Shown piece by piece: positions 12,015 through 22,040 of a DNA stretch of 35,608 bases (position 1 is the stretch's first letter; each line of letters begins with the position of its first letter). Below the pieces are notes generated by a model, which was given only the letters and a program-made list of their open reading frames with translations, did no database searches and was not told where the DNA came from. The DNA lies in NCBI GenBank assembly GCA_030867685.1, contig JAQOWU010000007.1, positions 2,604,001 through 2,639,608 on the forward strand, read 5' to 3'. This stretch comes from Wickerhamiella versatilis (Eukaryota). Both the position numbers and the translations under genes were made by a program.

Positions 12015-12471
12015 AAAATAACGGTTACTGCATTGGGAATTATTGATATATTCCACGAAGAAGCTTCACTATCACATTAAGCCCAACAATCCATTCCTGA
12101 GGACCTTTAATATCATAAGCAGGACAAGCCAGCTCGGTGGCTATCAAGAAAGTCGATTGCATCACATGATGTATTACTAATGTGAAATTGCCAAGAGCTT
12201 GGCACATTATATGCAGAAAGAAATTTATAAATGGTTCAGAAAAGAGTTGAGATATTAAGATTTGAAAGTGATAGGAGCATTAGTGGATCAGGGCTAAATA
12301 CATCGGGATGAAATGACACCTTAAGCGCAGATTGCGGCCACAGATGGTGTTAATGAAAGGAAGCCAAGAAAATGACCCAACCCTATGATTTATCTTTATT
12401 TAATAGTTTAATAAACATCTTTATACCTTAAAAGGTTCTTAATTGGGTTATTTTTCAACAAGAGGACCGCC

Positions 12472-13077
12472 ATGGCAAGATCAACAACTGCTCTATTACT
12501 ATTAGGTATTCAGGTCGTATCAGCACGTGGGTACCCCGCAGAGCCTACGATTACCACGCCTCCAAAGTTAGTCAAGAGAGATAACTATGGGATTCCAGAT
12601 TGGTCTCAATATTGGCCCGCTGCTGCCCAAGAAGTTTCCGACTACAATGGAGCCCCCATCAGTTCATCAGACTTGGCATTGATTTCGAGTTATGTTAAGT
12701 ACGGATATGATGATTTAGTATCTTCATGTTCTAAATTGTATGAGGAAGTAGGCTCATCCTGCGAGCTCATAAACACTGCCAGTCCCTATGCCTTCTCAGT
12801 TTGGGATTCATATGGAGGTGTCTCGGGGATTCTAAGTGATTTAAAAACAGACGATGGGACCAGTGCTACAGCAACTGATGGAGCTGGACTAGCTTCAGAT
12901 GGCATAAAAGCTACGAGCACTAAAGCGGATGATACTAAGACCAGCACGAGTACTAAAGAGGGTGATACCAGAACCAGCGCGACTACCAAAAAGGGAGAAA
13001 AGAATGACGCTCCTAATTCAAGTAGAAATTTAGGACTCATTCAAGCTGGTCTGACTCTGCTGGGTATGATGCTGTAA
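12472..13077 (+). CDS. Small GPI-anchored cell-wall protein
   Basis: Signal peptide, Kex2-type KR site (LVKRD), Ser/Thr/Lys-rich stalk, ND-A...hydrophobic C-terminus. Confidence 0.8.
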   Translation: MARSTTALLLLGIQVVSARGYPAEPTITTPPKLVKRDNYGIPDWSQYWPAAAQEVSDYNGAPISSSDLALISSYVKYGYDDLVSSCSKLYEEVGSSCELINTASPYAFSVWDSYGGVSGILSDLKTDDGTSATATDGAGLASDGIKATSTKADDTKTSTSTKEGDTRTSATTKKGEKNDAPNSSRNLGLIQAGLTLLGMML

Positions 13078-13154
13078 ATTCAGGTAACCACAGTCTATCT
13101 TTAAGATTTTCTCAGCATATGATTTCGACTTTAAGAGAATTGAAATAGTTTGAC

Positions 13155-13176
13155 TGGACAATGCAAGATAGCCCAC
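13155..13176 (+). repeat. Dispersed motif, partial copy
   Basis: TGGACAATGCAAGATAGCCCAC. Confidence 0.88.
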
Positions 13177-13333
13177 AGTAAATTTATAAGAAGTATATTG
13201 CCAAGACAAAACTAATCGAAGTTCGTCGGTGTTTTTCTGGAGTCCATTCAAGTTGATCACTATGCTCATGATGAGACCAGGACTCTGAATTTGGACTTCC
13301 TAAAAAGAGAAGTGAGTACATAGCAAATACTTC
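13177..13333 (-). pseudogene. Decayed copy of the 3' end and 3' flank of the 22258-23177 membrane gene
   Basis: 13155-13333 aligns by eye with 22196-22379 (e.g. gtttttctggagtccattcaa, tctgaatttggac, tagcaaatacttc), with indels. Confidence 0.8.
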
Positions 13334-13869
13334 GAGTACTCCGTGGTGGTACTATACCGTACGGGTTGAGCACCTTTCTTCAACCTTATTGGAATTACTG
13401 CAGTAAATACTTATCCATGTGCCAATTAGATAGAAGCTTCGCCTTTTTGGCGTCAAGGAATCACAGATCGTGGAATTTTCCGAAGACATTGATTTTAAAA
13501 TACCTTGTTATGCACATTACAAGTTTTTTATGATGCCAAAAAAATATTTATCGTGGTTATTGCCATATTATTATGCTAGAGATCAGCGTAACTACCCTTG
13601 TAAAGTAAGAATCAATGTGGCTAGGGTCACTAAACTGGTATCGAACTACGGCTTTGGGAGGCAAATTTGCTTCTTGATGAGCCTGATTTCACTTCATAAG
13701 TTTCTATTGATAGTATTTTGGACGAATGTAACTTAACAGTATGACAACATGATCTGTTATTCTATCTACTTGATCGACAGCTAATTAGGTGAACTAAGTA
13801 TATTAGCTGCTGTTGCTATTGAGAACTATATTTTAGCTTGCTTTCGAAATTCGACAGCCTGACACGATA

Positions 13870-13905
13870 CTATCTTGCATTTTCCAGCCATTCTCAGTAG
13901 TAAAG
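13870..13905 (-). repeat. Dispersed motif, degenerate inverted copy
   Basis: ctatcttgcattttccagccattctcagtagtaaag. Confidence 0.8.
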
Positions 13906-14211
13906 CAAGCTACTGCATGTGATCTACATCTAACACTCGCCAAGACTTTGAAGATCGATTGATTGTAGACGCAGAAAAATTGAATCTTAGATGGGCGTAT
14001 GCTTGAACTTCATATTGTCGGATGCTAGGAGATGTCATAGCTGATCAGGTAAGTGTTGGGATAACATAGAAAACATTCGACCTTGCGAGCTACGAATTAT
14101 AGTCTTGATAACTCATCATACAGCCTTTCATCTGATTCTGTACCGAAATTAACCCCTTAGGTTATTTAAACCCTAAAAAATATGATTGCGGTGGAAGCCT
14201 TGCCATACAAG

Positions 14212-14219
14212 TATAAATA
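14212..14219 (+). promoter_or_regulatory. Probable TATA box
   Basis: TATAAATA 43 nt upstream of the ATG at 14263. Confidence 0.4.
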
Positions 14220-14262
14220 GGGCCTCTCAGGAAGGAAACATCCTATCAACCAGGAAAGTACC

Positions 14263-14616
14263 ATGCTGACCACACTAGTATCGATGTTTGCGTTGGCGCT
14301 AGCCGTCGCCGAACCCATCAGCAACCAGGAACCAAAGTATGTAAATGGCACCGAAGTAGTTTCGCTTCTTGCAATTTACAACTCGCAGGACATTGGGAAG
14401 CCGGTCGAGGGGGTAAATCCTATTTCATACGTCTACGTTCCAGCTGAGTCCGACCCAACCCAATTTGAAGATCTTTTGAGTGGGAGCGGTGTAAGCCTCG
14501 TTGAAGAATACGATCGTCCAGTGGGAAAAAAAGTATGTGTCTCCCATCATCTGGTGGAAGATAACAGTACTCGTATCGTAGAGGAATTGAAGTGGAAAAT
14601 TTGTGTCAAGTTATGA
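14263..14616 (+). CDS. Small secreted hypothetical protein
   Basis: Clear signal peptide MLTTLVSMFALALAVA, N-glycosylation sequons NGT and NST, upstream TATA box, ACCATG start context. Confidence 0.6.
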   Translation: MLTTLVSMFALALAVAEPISNQEPKYVNGTEVVSLLAIYNSQDIGKPVEGVNPISYVYVPAESDPTQFEDLLSGSGVSLVEEYDRPVGKKVCVSHHLVEDNSTRIVEELKWKICVKL

Positions 14617-14708
14617 TTGAGGGTACGCACTTAGGACTTTGTCTTAGCTCTTCTTAACCAGATGTTTCAGTCACTCTTTAGAATATAGCCTCTTCGCTTA
14701 TTTCCACC

Positions 14709-14763
14709 AGATAGCCCACTTCACTAACTGAGACTGGCTGGACAATGCAAGATAGCCCACTAC
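14709..14763 (+). repeat. Dispersed motif, longest copy (41-nt unit plus 12-nt terminal direct repeat)
   Basis: AGATAGCCCACT-TCACTAACTGAGACTGGCTGGACAATGCA-AGATAGCCCACT-AC. Confidence 0.95.
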
Positions 14764-14910
14764 GCAACTAAACTAATGTGTATAGGATTTCGTTCTAGCT
14801 AATTCCCCAGAGCGATGTTTGCACTTCACACAATCGCCAGCACGTTCAATGCGCTTGTTCTGGTAGTTAGGGGTGCAATGAACACTCTAGTTGATCCATG
14901 CGGGCACAGA

Positions 14911-15331
14911 TTACTTTTCAGAGCAAGGATATAATGGTTCCCGGAAATCGTATTGAACCCTCAATTCCTGGGCCTTTGTCCAGACAATATGACCCTCAGG
15001 TGCAGGAGGACCGAGTAGTGCTTTCCAGGCGGCCATGTTGGACGCGCTTTCAGGGTCATTGGATGCAGCATCCATCAGCGACTTAAAGTAAACCTCCCGG
15101 TTATCATATTCATCCATGAACATCCATATTTCGTGTTCTGGATCAGCAGGATCTTCCCTGAAGAAGACCCTCGTACGGGTATAGTAATAAAGGTCTGGAC
15201 GGGAATGCTGGAATTTAAGAACTTTTGAAAACAATGCCATAGCTTTTTTCATGATCTCTCTTGCGAATGACGAACTGCTGAGAGTCTATCTGGCGCTCTT
15301 TTGTTGGGGTTGCTGTTATAGGCTTGGCCAT
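14911..15331 (-). pseudogene. Small soluble protein, possibly a dimeric alpha/beta-barrel (ABM/NIPSNAP-like) fold, with an apparent frameshift in an A6 run
   Basis: ATG at 15331 reads MAKPITATPTKERQIDSQQFVIRKRDHEK. Removing one base from the T6 at 15244-15249 joins this to the 113-aa ORF (AMALFSKVL...EIWMFMDEYDNREVY). The fold guess is inference. Confidence 0.5.
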
Positions 15332-15374
15332 GTTTGACTGTGGTTACGTAAGATGTCCGGCCTTATTACGTGGC

Positions 15375-15402
15375 CTGCTTGGACAGTGCAAGATAGCCAA
15401 CT
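15375..15402 (+). repeat. Dispersed motif, degenerate partial copy
   Basis: CTGCTTGGACAGTGCAAGATAGCCAACT. Confidence 0.82.
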
Positions 15403-15935
15403 CAATGCTACTTGGTATCGCGATAATGACACCGCATGTATTTTGTTGTCTCCAAATTGAAAGATTAGGCTATCCATGCTGATATTGATCGTAAAAGGGG
15501 ATCTGTATCTCTGTGAAATGGCTAAAACGATTTCAGTAGACAGTGAAGTGCCGATGTAGTGAATTGTATAAGACTATATTTTAGCACCATTAAATCGAGT
15601 ATACTATGTATTGGTTTTTTTTTCTTTTCTGTATGTTCTGTGAACTTAGAATTAATTCTCCTTCCTCTGGATAAGAATCATAGCATTACGTTGCCAAATT
15701 ACAAGGTATAAATGTACAACATACATTGACTTGACAATGGAAGATAGCTTACCGCCAGTCTCTAAATTGCTTGACTAGGGAATAATACTTACCCATCTTG
15801 TTGACTTGATATTATACATCTTAATTTATCATGCAGGAGAACCTAGTTTGTGTGCCTGCATCACATAATCAGAGAAAAACTGGTTACATGAGAACATCAG
15901 GTTAATATTTATTTGATTTTACAAGACTGGTTATA

Positions 15936-15959
15936 CCAACCAGTCTCAGGTAGTGAAGT
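15936..15959 (-). repeat. Dispersed motif, inverted partial copy forming a hairpin with 15924-15932
   Basis: ccaaccagtctcaggtagtgaagt. Confidence 0.9.
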
Positions 15960-16060
15960 CACGAGGTTGCACTATTGACCCAGGTATCTGATCATCTATC
16001 TCAGGATCTGGCACAAACTTATGCATCCGCATGCGTCTTACAGCTTCAAATTCCCATTGA

Positions 16061-16074
16061 CCCACTACCTGAGA
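16061..16074 (+). repeat. Dispersed motif, short fragment (36-nt variant junction)
   Basis: CCCACTACCTGAGA. Confidence 0.65.
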
Positions 16075-16606
16075 AACGTTAACCCAGTAAATTGTCGGTC
16101 AAAACCAAATGGAAATATATGTTGAAAGGGTTATATTGGTGCATTTTAACTTCATTAGACACCCTAAAGTATTAACGTTTCTCGACTGTATATTATATTA
16201 TTATAGCTCTTAATACGACCTCATCAAGCTCGGCTGTTGCTGGCTACGCATCCGGGCAGATCGACAATGTGAGACAAGTTGATTAGGGCTGCCCACTTTT
16301 TTGTTTCGCGTAAGTGTTAATGCGGGGGTCATACACCTTGCTCTGCACTTGTCTGACAGGAAGCATTCAAAATTCTGTGGCTTCCTAAATTTTCACTAAT
16401 AGAGTGGAAATGCAACTAGAGCTTAAATGTAAAGCAGTCATTACTAAGTAGGGATTTGTCGCGAGTGGGATCCATACGCTCTCAAAAGGGTCATATTATA
16501 AATTTCGGGTGGGGGTATGATACATCCCGAGAATACAGGCTTGGCATGTAGATCAGAGTACCAATACCATAAATAAGGATCTCAAAGACCCATTTTGTTA
16601 ACAATT

Positions 16607-17932
16607 ATGCTCTTTCATGCCATTTTCACTCTAGCTACTGTTCTCGGTGCTGCTATACAGAGGCGTGCTGCTCCAAGTGATGATGCATTTTATACAGCTC
16701 CAGAAAACTTGACCAGCTATCGCCCGGGGGAGATTATCGAGAGCCGCTCCGTTTTTTCACCGGTTATTCTAAAGGAGGTGACTCAAATAAAATATGCTAC
16801 GACGAATACTCAGAATTCTTCTTCATATACGATAGCCACCGTGGCATCCCCAGATAATATTGAGTACCCACAAAAAATTTTATCAATTCAAGATTGGCAG
16901 GATAGTTCAGGCAAAAATTGCGCGCCCAGTTATGGGTTGGTCACCGGTCTCCTTGGACCGGCCGGAATTACTACCTCAGTTATCGATATGCCAATAGTTA
17001 TTCAATGGGCCCTATCAAAAGGCTACTATGTTGTTGTTCCTGACCATGAAGGGCCCAATAGCGAGTTCATAGTGGGGCACACAGAGGGTCAGGCGGGACT
17101 AGATGGGATCAGAGCAGCTATCTCTTACCTAAACCTCTCTGAAGACACGGATACAGCACTTTATGGCTATAGTGGTGGCTCTCATGCCACAGCTTGGATG
17201 GCTAATTTACATGAGTTTTATGCACCTGAGATCAACATTGTGGGATCAGTGACTGGAGGAACAGTTATTGACATGTATGCGATGTACCACAAGATTGCTG
17301 GTACCGTTTTTTCGGGGTTCACATTTCCCGTTGTTAATGCTTTTGCTAACGCTTATCCTGAACAGGGAGCACAGCTGATGTCGCACTTCAATGCTAAAGC
17401 CAATGCTACACTTAATTATGCAGCTCAGAATGATGTATGCATCGTCGGAGACCTAGTTGGAGGCATTTTCCGTAATATTGGTGATGAAAGTGATCTTGAT
17501 GATATTTTATCGTTCCCTCCTTTAGTTGATATGTTCGATCGAGAAAGTTTACTCAACAACGTGTCAAGTCTTACAGTATCGGCTCCAAAATTCCCTCGGT
17601 TTAATTATCATGCATTATTTGACGAGATTGTGCCCTATCCAGAGGATGAGATGTACACCAGGCAGCAGTGTGCCCTCGGAGCAGATATTCAGTTCCAGAC
17701 ATTTGATCTGGGTGGGCATGCTACCGCAATGCTATTCGGTCTTCCTGGTGCTCTACAATTCTTGGAACAAGCATTTCTTGGGGAAGTTCCCAAAGTGCAG
17801 TGTGGTTCTCAAAATTCTCAGTCGGTCAATATGAATTCATCAAATGTAGATGAAGTGATTGGTAAGGACACTGCCGATCGCATCCGTGCATTTAACGGCA
17901 AGAACACTACTTTGGGAATGATTTCCTGGTAA
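16607..17932 (+). CDS. Secreted lipase, LIP family (Candida antarctica lipase A / lactone esterase-like)
   Basis: Signal peptide plus RR; motifs CAPSYG, PDHEG, GYSGGSHA nucleophile elbow, PKFPRF.YHALFDEIVPY. First ATG at 16607. Confidence 0.92.
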   Translation: MLFHAIFTLATVLGAAIQRRAAPSDDAFYTAPENLTSYRPGEIIESRSVFSPVILKEVTQIKYATTNTQNSSSYTIATVASPDNIEYPQKILSIQDWQDSSGKNCAPSYGLVTGLLGPAGITTSVIDMPIVIQWALSKGYYVVVPDHEGPNSEFIVGHTEGQAGLDGIRAAISYLNLSEDTDTALYGYSGGSHATAWMANLHEFYAPEINIVGSVTGGTVIDMYAMYHKIAGTVFSGFTFPVVNAFANAYPEQGAQLMSHFNAKANATLNYAAQNDVCIVGDLVGGIFRNIGDESDLDDILSFPPLVDMFDRESLLNNVSSLTVSAPKFPRFNYHALFDEIVPYPEDEMYTRQQCALGADIQFQTFDLGGHATAMLFGLPGALQFLEQAFLGEVPKVQCGSQNSQSVNMNSSNVDEVIGKDTADRIRAFNGKNTTLGMISW

Positions 17933-18005
17933 CGATAACTAGGTGAAGTTGTGCAGGTGAATATAGCGTCGTAGATGAATTCTTGTTTTCCACAATATAC
18001 TCCAG

Positions 18006-18043
18006 TTTACTACTCGAGACTGGTTGGACAATGCAAGATAGCC
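18006..18043 (+). repeat. Dispersed motif, partial copy
   Basis: TTTACTACTCGAGACTGGTTGGACAATGCAAGATAGCC. Confidence 0.92.
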
Positions 18044-18661
18044 TAATTTTAGCACTATGAGATTGGTCGGTCTTTTCGGAGTGGTTTGATTTCTCACTCG
18101 ACAAAAGATATTTGATTCTTCGCTGCTGTGTTTAATGCCTCATTGTTAATTGTCCCGGCAATGCAAATTTGCTAAGTGATTGGTGTATTCCCTCCAAGCA
18201 TTCGAACTATCGAGACAGTGAATCGCAATTACTGTATTGGCCGTAATGAGTCAATGCATCAAAAGTACCCGGTGGCTATACAAAGTAAGATAGCCTACTA
18301 CCACATCTCAGAGCATGTCTATCTGTTGTATCCTTCCCAAAGAGCCTGTTGTTATCTTGGGATTCAGAGGCAATATTTCTATTTGTTAAGTAATCGATAG
18401 ATAGTGGTAGCCACTTCTTTGAGTCGTATTCATTATATATTCGGTTAATACTATTCAATTAGTATGTGTGTGGCCCTTAAGGTTAAGACATAGTTTATTG
18501 TCTGTATACAGTGTCCATTGTAAAATAAGGCAAAGGCGTACGTAACTCAACGGATTAGTTATTTATCACCAGGCGCTGCTAAAGCCAGATCAAACCGCAG
18601 CCATGGAAATGCAGATTATGAATGAAGCTGAAGCTACGTTTTATGTATCAAGAGATTTGTG

Positions 18662-18713
18662 TGGTTGGACAATGCAAGATAGCCGCAATTAGGATATTTC
18701 TGCATTGTCCAGC
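18662..18713 (+). repeat. Dispersed motif partial copy (18662-18684) plus inverted fragment (18701-18713)
   Basis: TGGTTGGACAATGCAAGATAGCC ... tgcattgtccagc. Confidence 0.88.
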
Positions 18714-18746
18714 TAGATTTCAAGCCTTAAGTTAGAAATCAGACGA

Positions 18747-20291
18747 TCAGAATTTCATCTCAGATAGAAACCTTTGTGTAGCATGTCTTTCGAGATATAA
18801 AGAAACATCAAACCCACCATCATCCGCACCGGTATCCATAATAGTGACTATGCCGTCGCATTTGTCCATGACGGAATGTACATAGCGTGGTTTTCTCCCT
18901 GTACCATCAAAGTCCAAACTATACGGATCTAGTCTCAACCAGGAAGTAACTAGTAAATGCTGATTCCCTAGAAATGCTTGCCATAGACGCTGCGGTGATA
19001 ACTCATACGCAGCATCATGGAGCATCGATCCCATTTTCTCGGGTGTTATGAAGGAAATCGCATTTCGAATATTCGTAGAGAGTGCACCTATACTTCCCAT
19101 GCACACTTCACTACCTTTTGCTTTCACGTAAGTTATAAAAAGGGGTGATCCAATAAAGTTGGGTGGTAACTTTGGTTCTAACCTCGCTCTTGCACCAATA
19201 GTTATGTCAAGATATACATCCCCTGAGCATTCAACATTCCTACGAGCACAATTGACACCCTGCCAAATAAAGGCCAAAAGAGCATCTAAGCGTGAAATAT
19301 CCTGGCGGGCTCCTTTCTCGCTACGAGCATTACTTCTGATATGATCAATTTTGGAGCCTGTGAAGTGCAATAGCGTATACGAAACAGGCTTCGAAAAATC
19401 CCACGTATTCCAGGGAGGTACAGTAGACTCTGAAAGCCCCCCACATTTCCCAATAATGTATGGTGGTGGCTTCGATGCTTCTATTCTACTAGCAACTTTT
19501 GATGGATATCCAGGAACATTAGTGTGCCACCAATCAAAACGATGTAGGGGAATACTACGTGCAGCAGCAACCAAGGTGGGATCAGATTGGTTCGCATCAA
19601 CGTTTCCAGATGCATAGGAATCCAATAATTGTGGCTCAAATATGGGTCGACCGAGGGGTGATGGTCTGAAGACTCCAAGCCTTGCCCTGCAAATCTGAGC
19701 CCATAGTTGCACAAAAACCATCAGTGTCTGTGCATCTGCAAGAACATGTGAAATTTTGACACTAATTGCATATCCATTATCAGAGAAAAGATTAATTTGA
19801 ATCGACACTCCCGGAAGACCGTGGTAAGAATGAAGATCGTGCAACGCCAATAATGTAGGTGATATCAAAGAGTTCTGAGGAAATTCATTCCCATCCCAAA
19901 TGAATCGCGTAGAAGCTCTCTCTTCTGAACTGGGAGCGAGAACACTCGCAGCGATATTTCCGTGATGGACCACCCCACATTCGACACCTGGATCATCATT
20001 GGTGCCATATTTGACCATAGGACGTCCCCATCGTTCAGTGTGATTTCCATTATGGTGGAATGGAGACCACATCAATTGTCCAGCGAAATGTGGAAACGAA
20101 TTTAAAGCTTCAGACAAGCTACTCTGAAGATGCTGGACAAAGTCATGAGCTTGTATATTACTGGGTATGGAATCATAAATCCAGATTCCGCCAGCTGGAG
20201 AAAAACGTGCCACAGTGGCGTCGAGAATAGAAAGTGATTTAAATTTACCTTCATGCCTTGATTCGGGGAATATACGAGTTCTCTGCGGCAT
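18747..20291 (-). CDS. CoA-dependent acyltransferase, transferase/BAHD (Tri101-like) family
   Basis: LSILDATV N-terminal motif, catalytic HVLAD (HxxxD), C-terminal LDFDG (DFGWG-like). First ATG at 20291. Confidence 0.88.
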   Translation of the reverse strand: MPQRTRIFPESRHEGKFKSLSILDATVARFSPAGGIWIYDSIPSNIQAHDFVQHLQSSLSEALNSFPHFAGQLMWSPFHHNGNHTERWGRPMVKYGTNDDPGVECGVVHHGNIAASVLAPSSEERASTRFIWDGNEFPQNSLISPTLLALHDLHSYHGLPGVSIQINLFSDNGYAISVKISHVLADAQTLMVFVQLWAQICRARLGVFRPSPLGRPIFEPQLLDSYASGNVDANQSDPTLVAAARSIPLHRFDWWHTNVPGYPSKVASRIEASKPPPYIIGKCGGLSESTVPPWNTWDFSKPVSYTLLHFTGSKIDHIRSNARSEKGARQDISRLDALLAFIWQGVNCARRNVECSGDVYLDITIGARARLEPKLPPNFIGSPLFITYVKAKGSEVCMGSIGALSTNIRNAISFITPEKMGSMLHDAAYELSPQRLWQAFLGNQHLLVTSWLRLDPYSLDFDGTGRKPRYVHSVMDKCDGIVTIMDTGADDGGFDVSLYLERHATQRFLSEMKF

Positions 20292-20680
20292 GTTACAGGT
20301 AGTTGGAGCACACGCTTTTATTCTCCAAAAGAAAATCAAAGCCCAGAGAGATAATTTGTGGATGTGTCTTACCCTCGAATCTTTGCCGACCCGTGAAAAG
20401 AGAAAGCTATTAAGTTGGATCTTCTATTATTAATCAAGGGAAATATATCGGCATAGGGTAATGCAGTCATCCTAAGTACTTTGCAGGCGAGGGTAGTAGA
20501 ATAAAGGTCATTTTGATCATTTAGCAAAGAATGGCTAAATCATCAGACCAGGAGAGTATGGCCGGGGGTTTCTTGAGTTCTTGCAATTCGATGTTTAAAA
20601 CACTCATTCTGAGTTAATGCTGATACGATCCTCTCTTTTACACACTAGTTATTGCGGTATTACTAACTTATTCATCTGTT

Positions 20681-20697
20681 ATGCAAGATAGCCCACT
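20681..20697 (+). repeat. Dispersed motif, short copy
   Basis: ATGCAAGATAGCCCACT. Confidence 0.82.
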
Positions 20698-21035
20698 CGA
20701 ATTGGATTGGTGATGTTCCAATTGTGCTTTTGGAGGTGTATGGTGGTAGCAGAGTTATGCTACGGTGTGGACCGAGCTGCCTGATGATCGTCATTAGGGA
20801 GACCGGGGGGCCGCCTTGTGATGGTTGATAGCATGCAGTGCGGGAATCGAAAGAGCGAAAATAAACAAAGAGATTATTGGGCTGATACCCAGTCTACATT
20901 AATTGTGAATTAGCCTGACACTGTGGTTACTCACCGAACAACGCATGACATCCGACATAAATCTCCATTCAGACGAAACAATTCTGGTGTAAATTATTTG
21001 ATGCAAATGGTGAGTGATCCCGATGCCAAGTGGAC

Positions 21036-21051
21036 TGGGCTATCTTGCATT
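21036..21051 (-). repeat. Dispersed motif, short inverted copy
   Basis: tgggctatcttgcatt. Confidence 0.8.
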
Positions 21052-21100
21052 TGTATACACTGTGTTGCCGACGCTGCAATTTTGAGATGGGGTCAATGAT

Positions 21101-21688
21101 TCAAGGCTTTTCCTGACGTACTGATGGATCAAAAGGGACTGAATGGTCCTCTACCTGGGATTCAGGCTGGGGCTCGACCTTCCCCTGTGGGACAGCATGG
21201 TCGAAGTATCCTGTGGTAGTCCATGGCTGGCTGCTATTACCAGAATCGACCACACCAAGAAGAAGCAAAATATCCCACACCACTACAGGGATGCAGAATA
21301 TCCAGGTGAGCCATAGGAAGGCTATCGTTGCATTCCACACTGTGCAACTACCTACGCCATAGTAGTCATAGTAATCTAAACTAACCTGACAGAGACGGGC
21401 CCAATTGGCAAATGCAGCAGCTGCGCAAAGCATGAAGATAAAAGAAAGCCCATCGAGACTGGTGATAATGGCTTTGAATAGAGGGCTATCACCGACAATC
21501 TCCAGACCGGTGCTGGTTCCCACGAATACCATGGTTAGTACTGTGGCAGCAACAGCGTAGTTGAATCTTGGGGTTGAATCTAGTGCTTGGCTTACCAGGT
21601 GACCGGTTAGACCAAGGGCTATGATATCGAAACAAAGCAGGAGACCACGGATGGCCAGGACACCTAGACCCAGGGCTGATAAGACCAT
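21101..21688 (-). CDS. MARVEL (membrane-associating) domain protein
   Basis: Four TM segments; IR.L...F.IIALGL...L, LD.L.FIF.L.AA.A and C....A.IAF.WL.W patterns typical of fungal MARVEL proteins. Confidence 0.8.
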   Translation of the reverse strand: MVLSALGLGVLAIRGLLLCFDIIALGLTGHLVSQALDSTPRFNYAVAATVLTMVFVGTSTGLEIVGDSPLFKAIITSLDGLSFIFMLCAAAAFANWARLCQVSLDYYDYYGVGSCTVWNATIAFLWLTWIFCIPVVVWDILLLLGVVDSGNSSQPWTTTGYFDHAVPQGKVEPQPESQVEDHSVPFDPSVRQEKP

Positions 21689-22004
21689 TTTTTTTCTTTG
21701 GGATGCGCCAAGAATTCAAGAGGGATTAATCCTTATATATTATTTCAACCCCAAATGTTCATAATCACCTTCTTACACAGGTAAGGGTCAGTAGCGAGCC
21801 TCACGGATTTCCAGGCTGTGAAAGGGCCCCACGGTCAAGAAGCATGGACCACCGCCATTATGGATGGTTTTAGGGTAATATAATCACGGACAAAAAAAGG
21901 CTCCTCTCAGTCTTTTGACACATATGAATGCGCTGGACTAGTTTGTGCCAAGCGTGCCAAGAACTGTCCTTACCCTTAGATGAGAAGGGGGGATTTACAT
22001 GCTC

Positions 22005-22040
22005 GCATGAGCATGAGCATGAGCATGAGCACGAGCACGA
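22005..22040 (+). repeat. Hexanucleotide microsatellite (GCATGA)4(GCACGA)2
   Basis: Read directly from the sequence. Confidence 0.9.

Noticed and set aside
20681-21050. MITE with 15-bp terminal inverted repeats
   Set aside because: No target-site duplication, no second copy of the interior in the window, and the 'TIRs' are fragments of the general motif.
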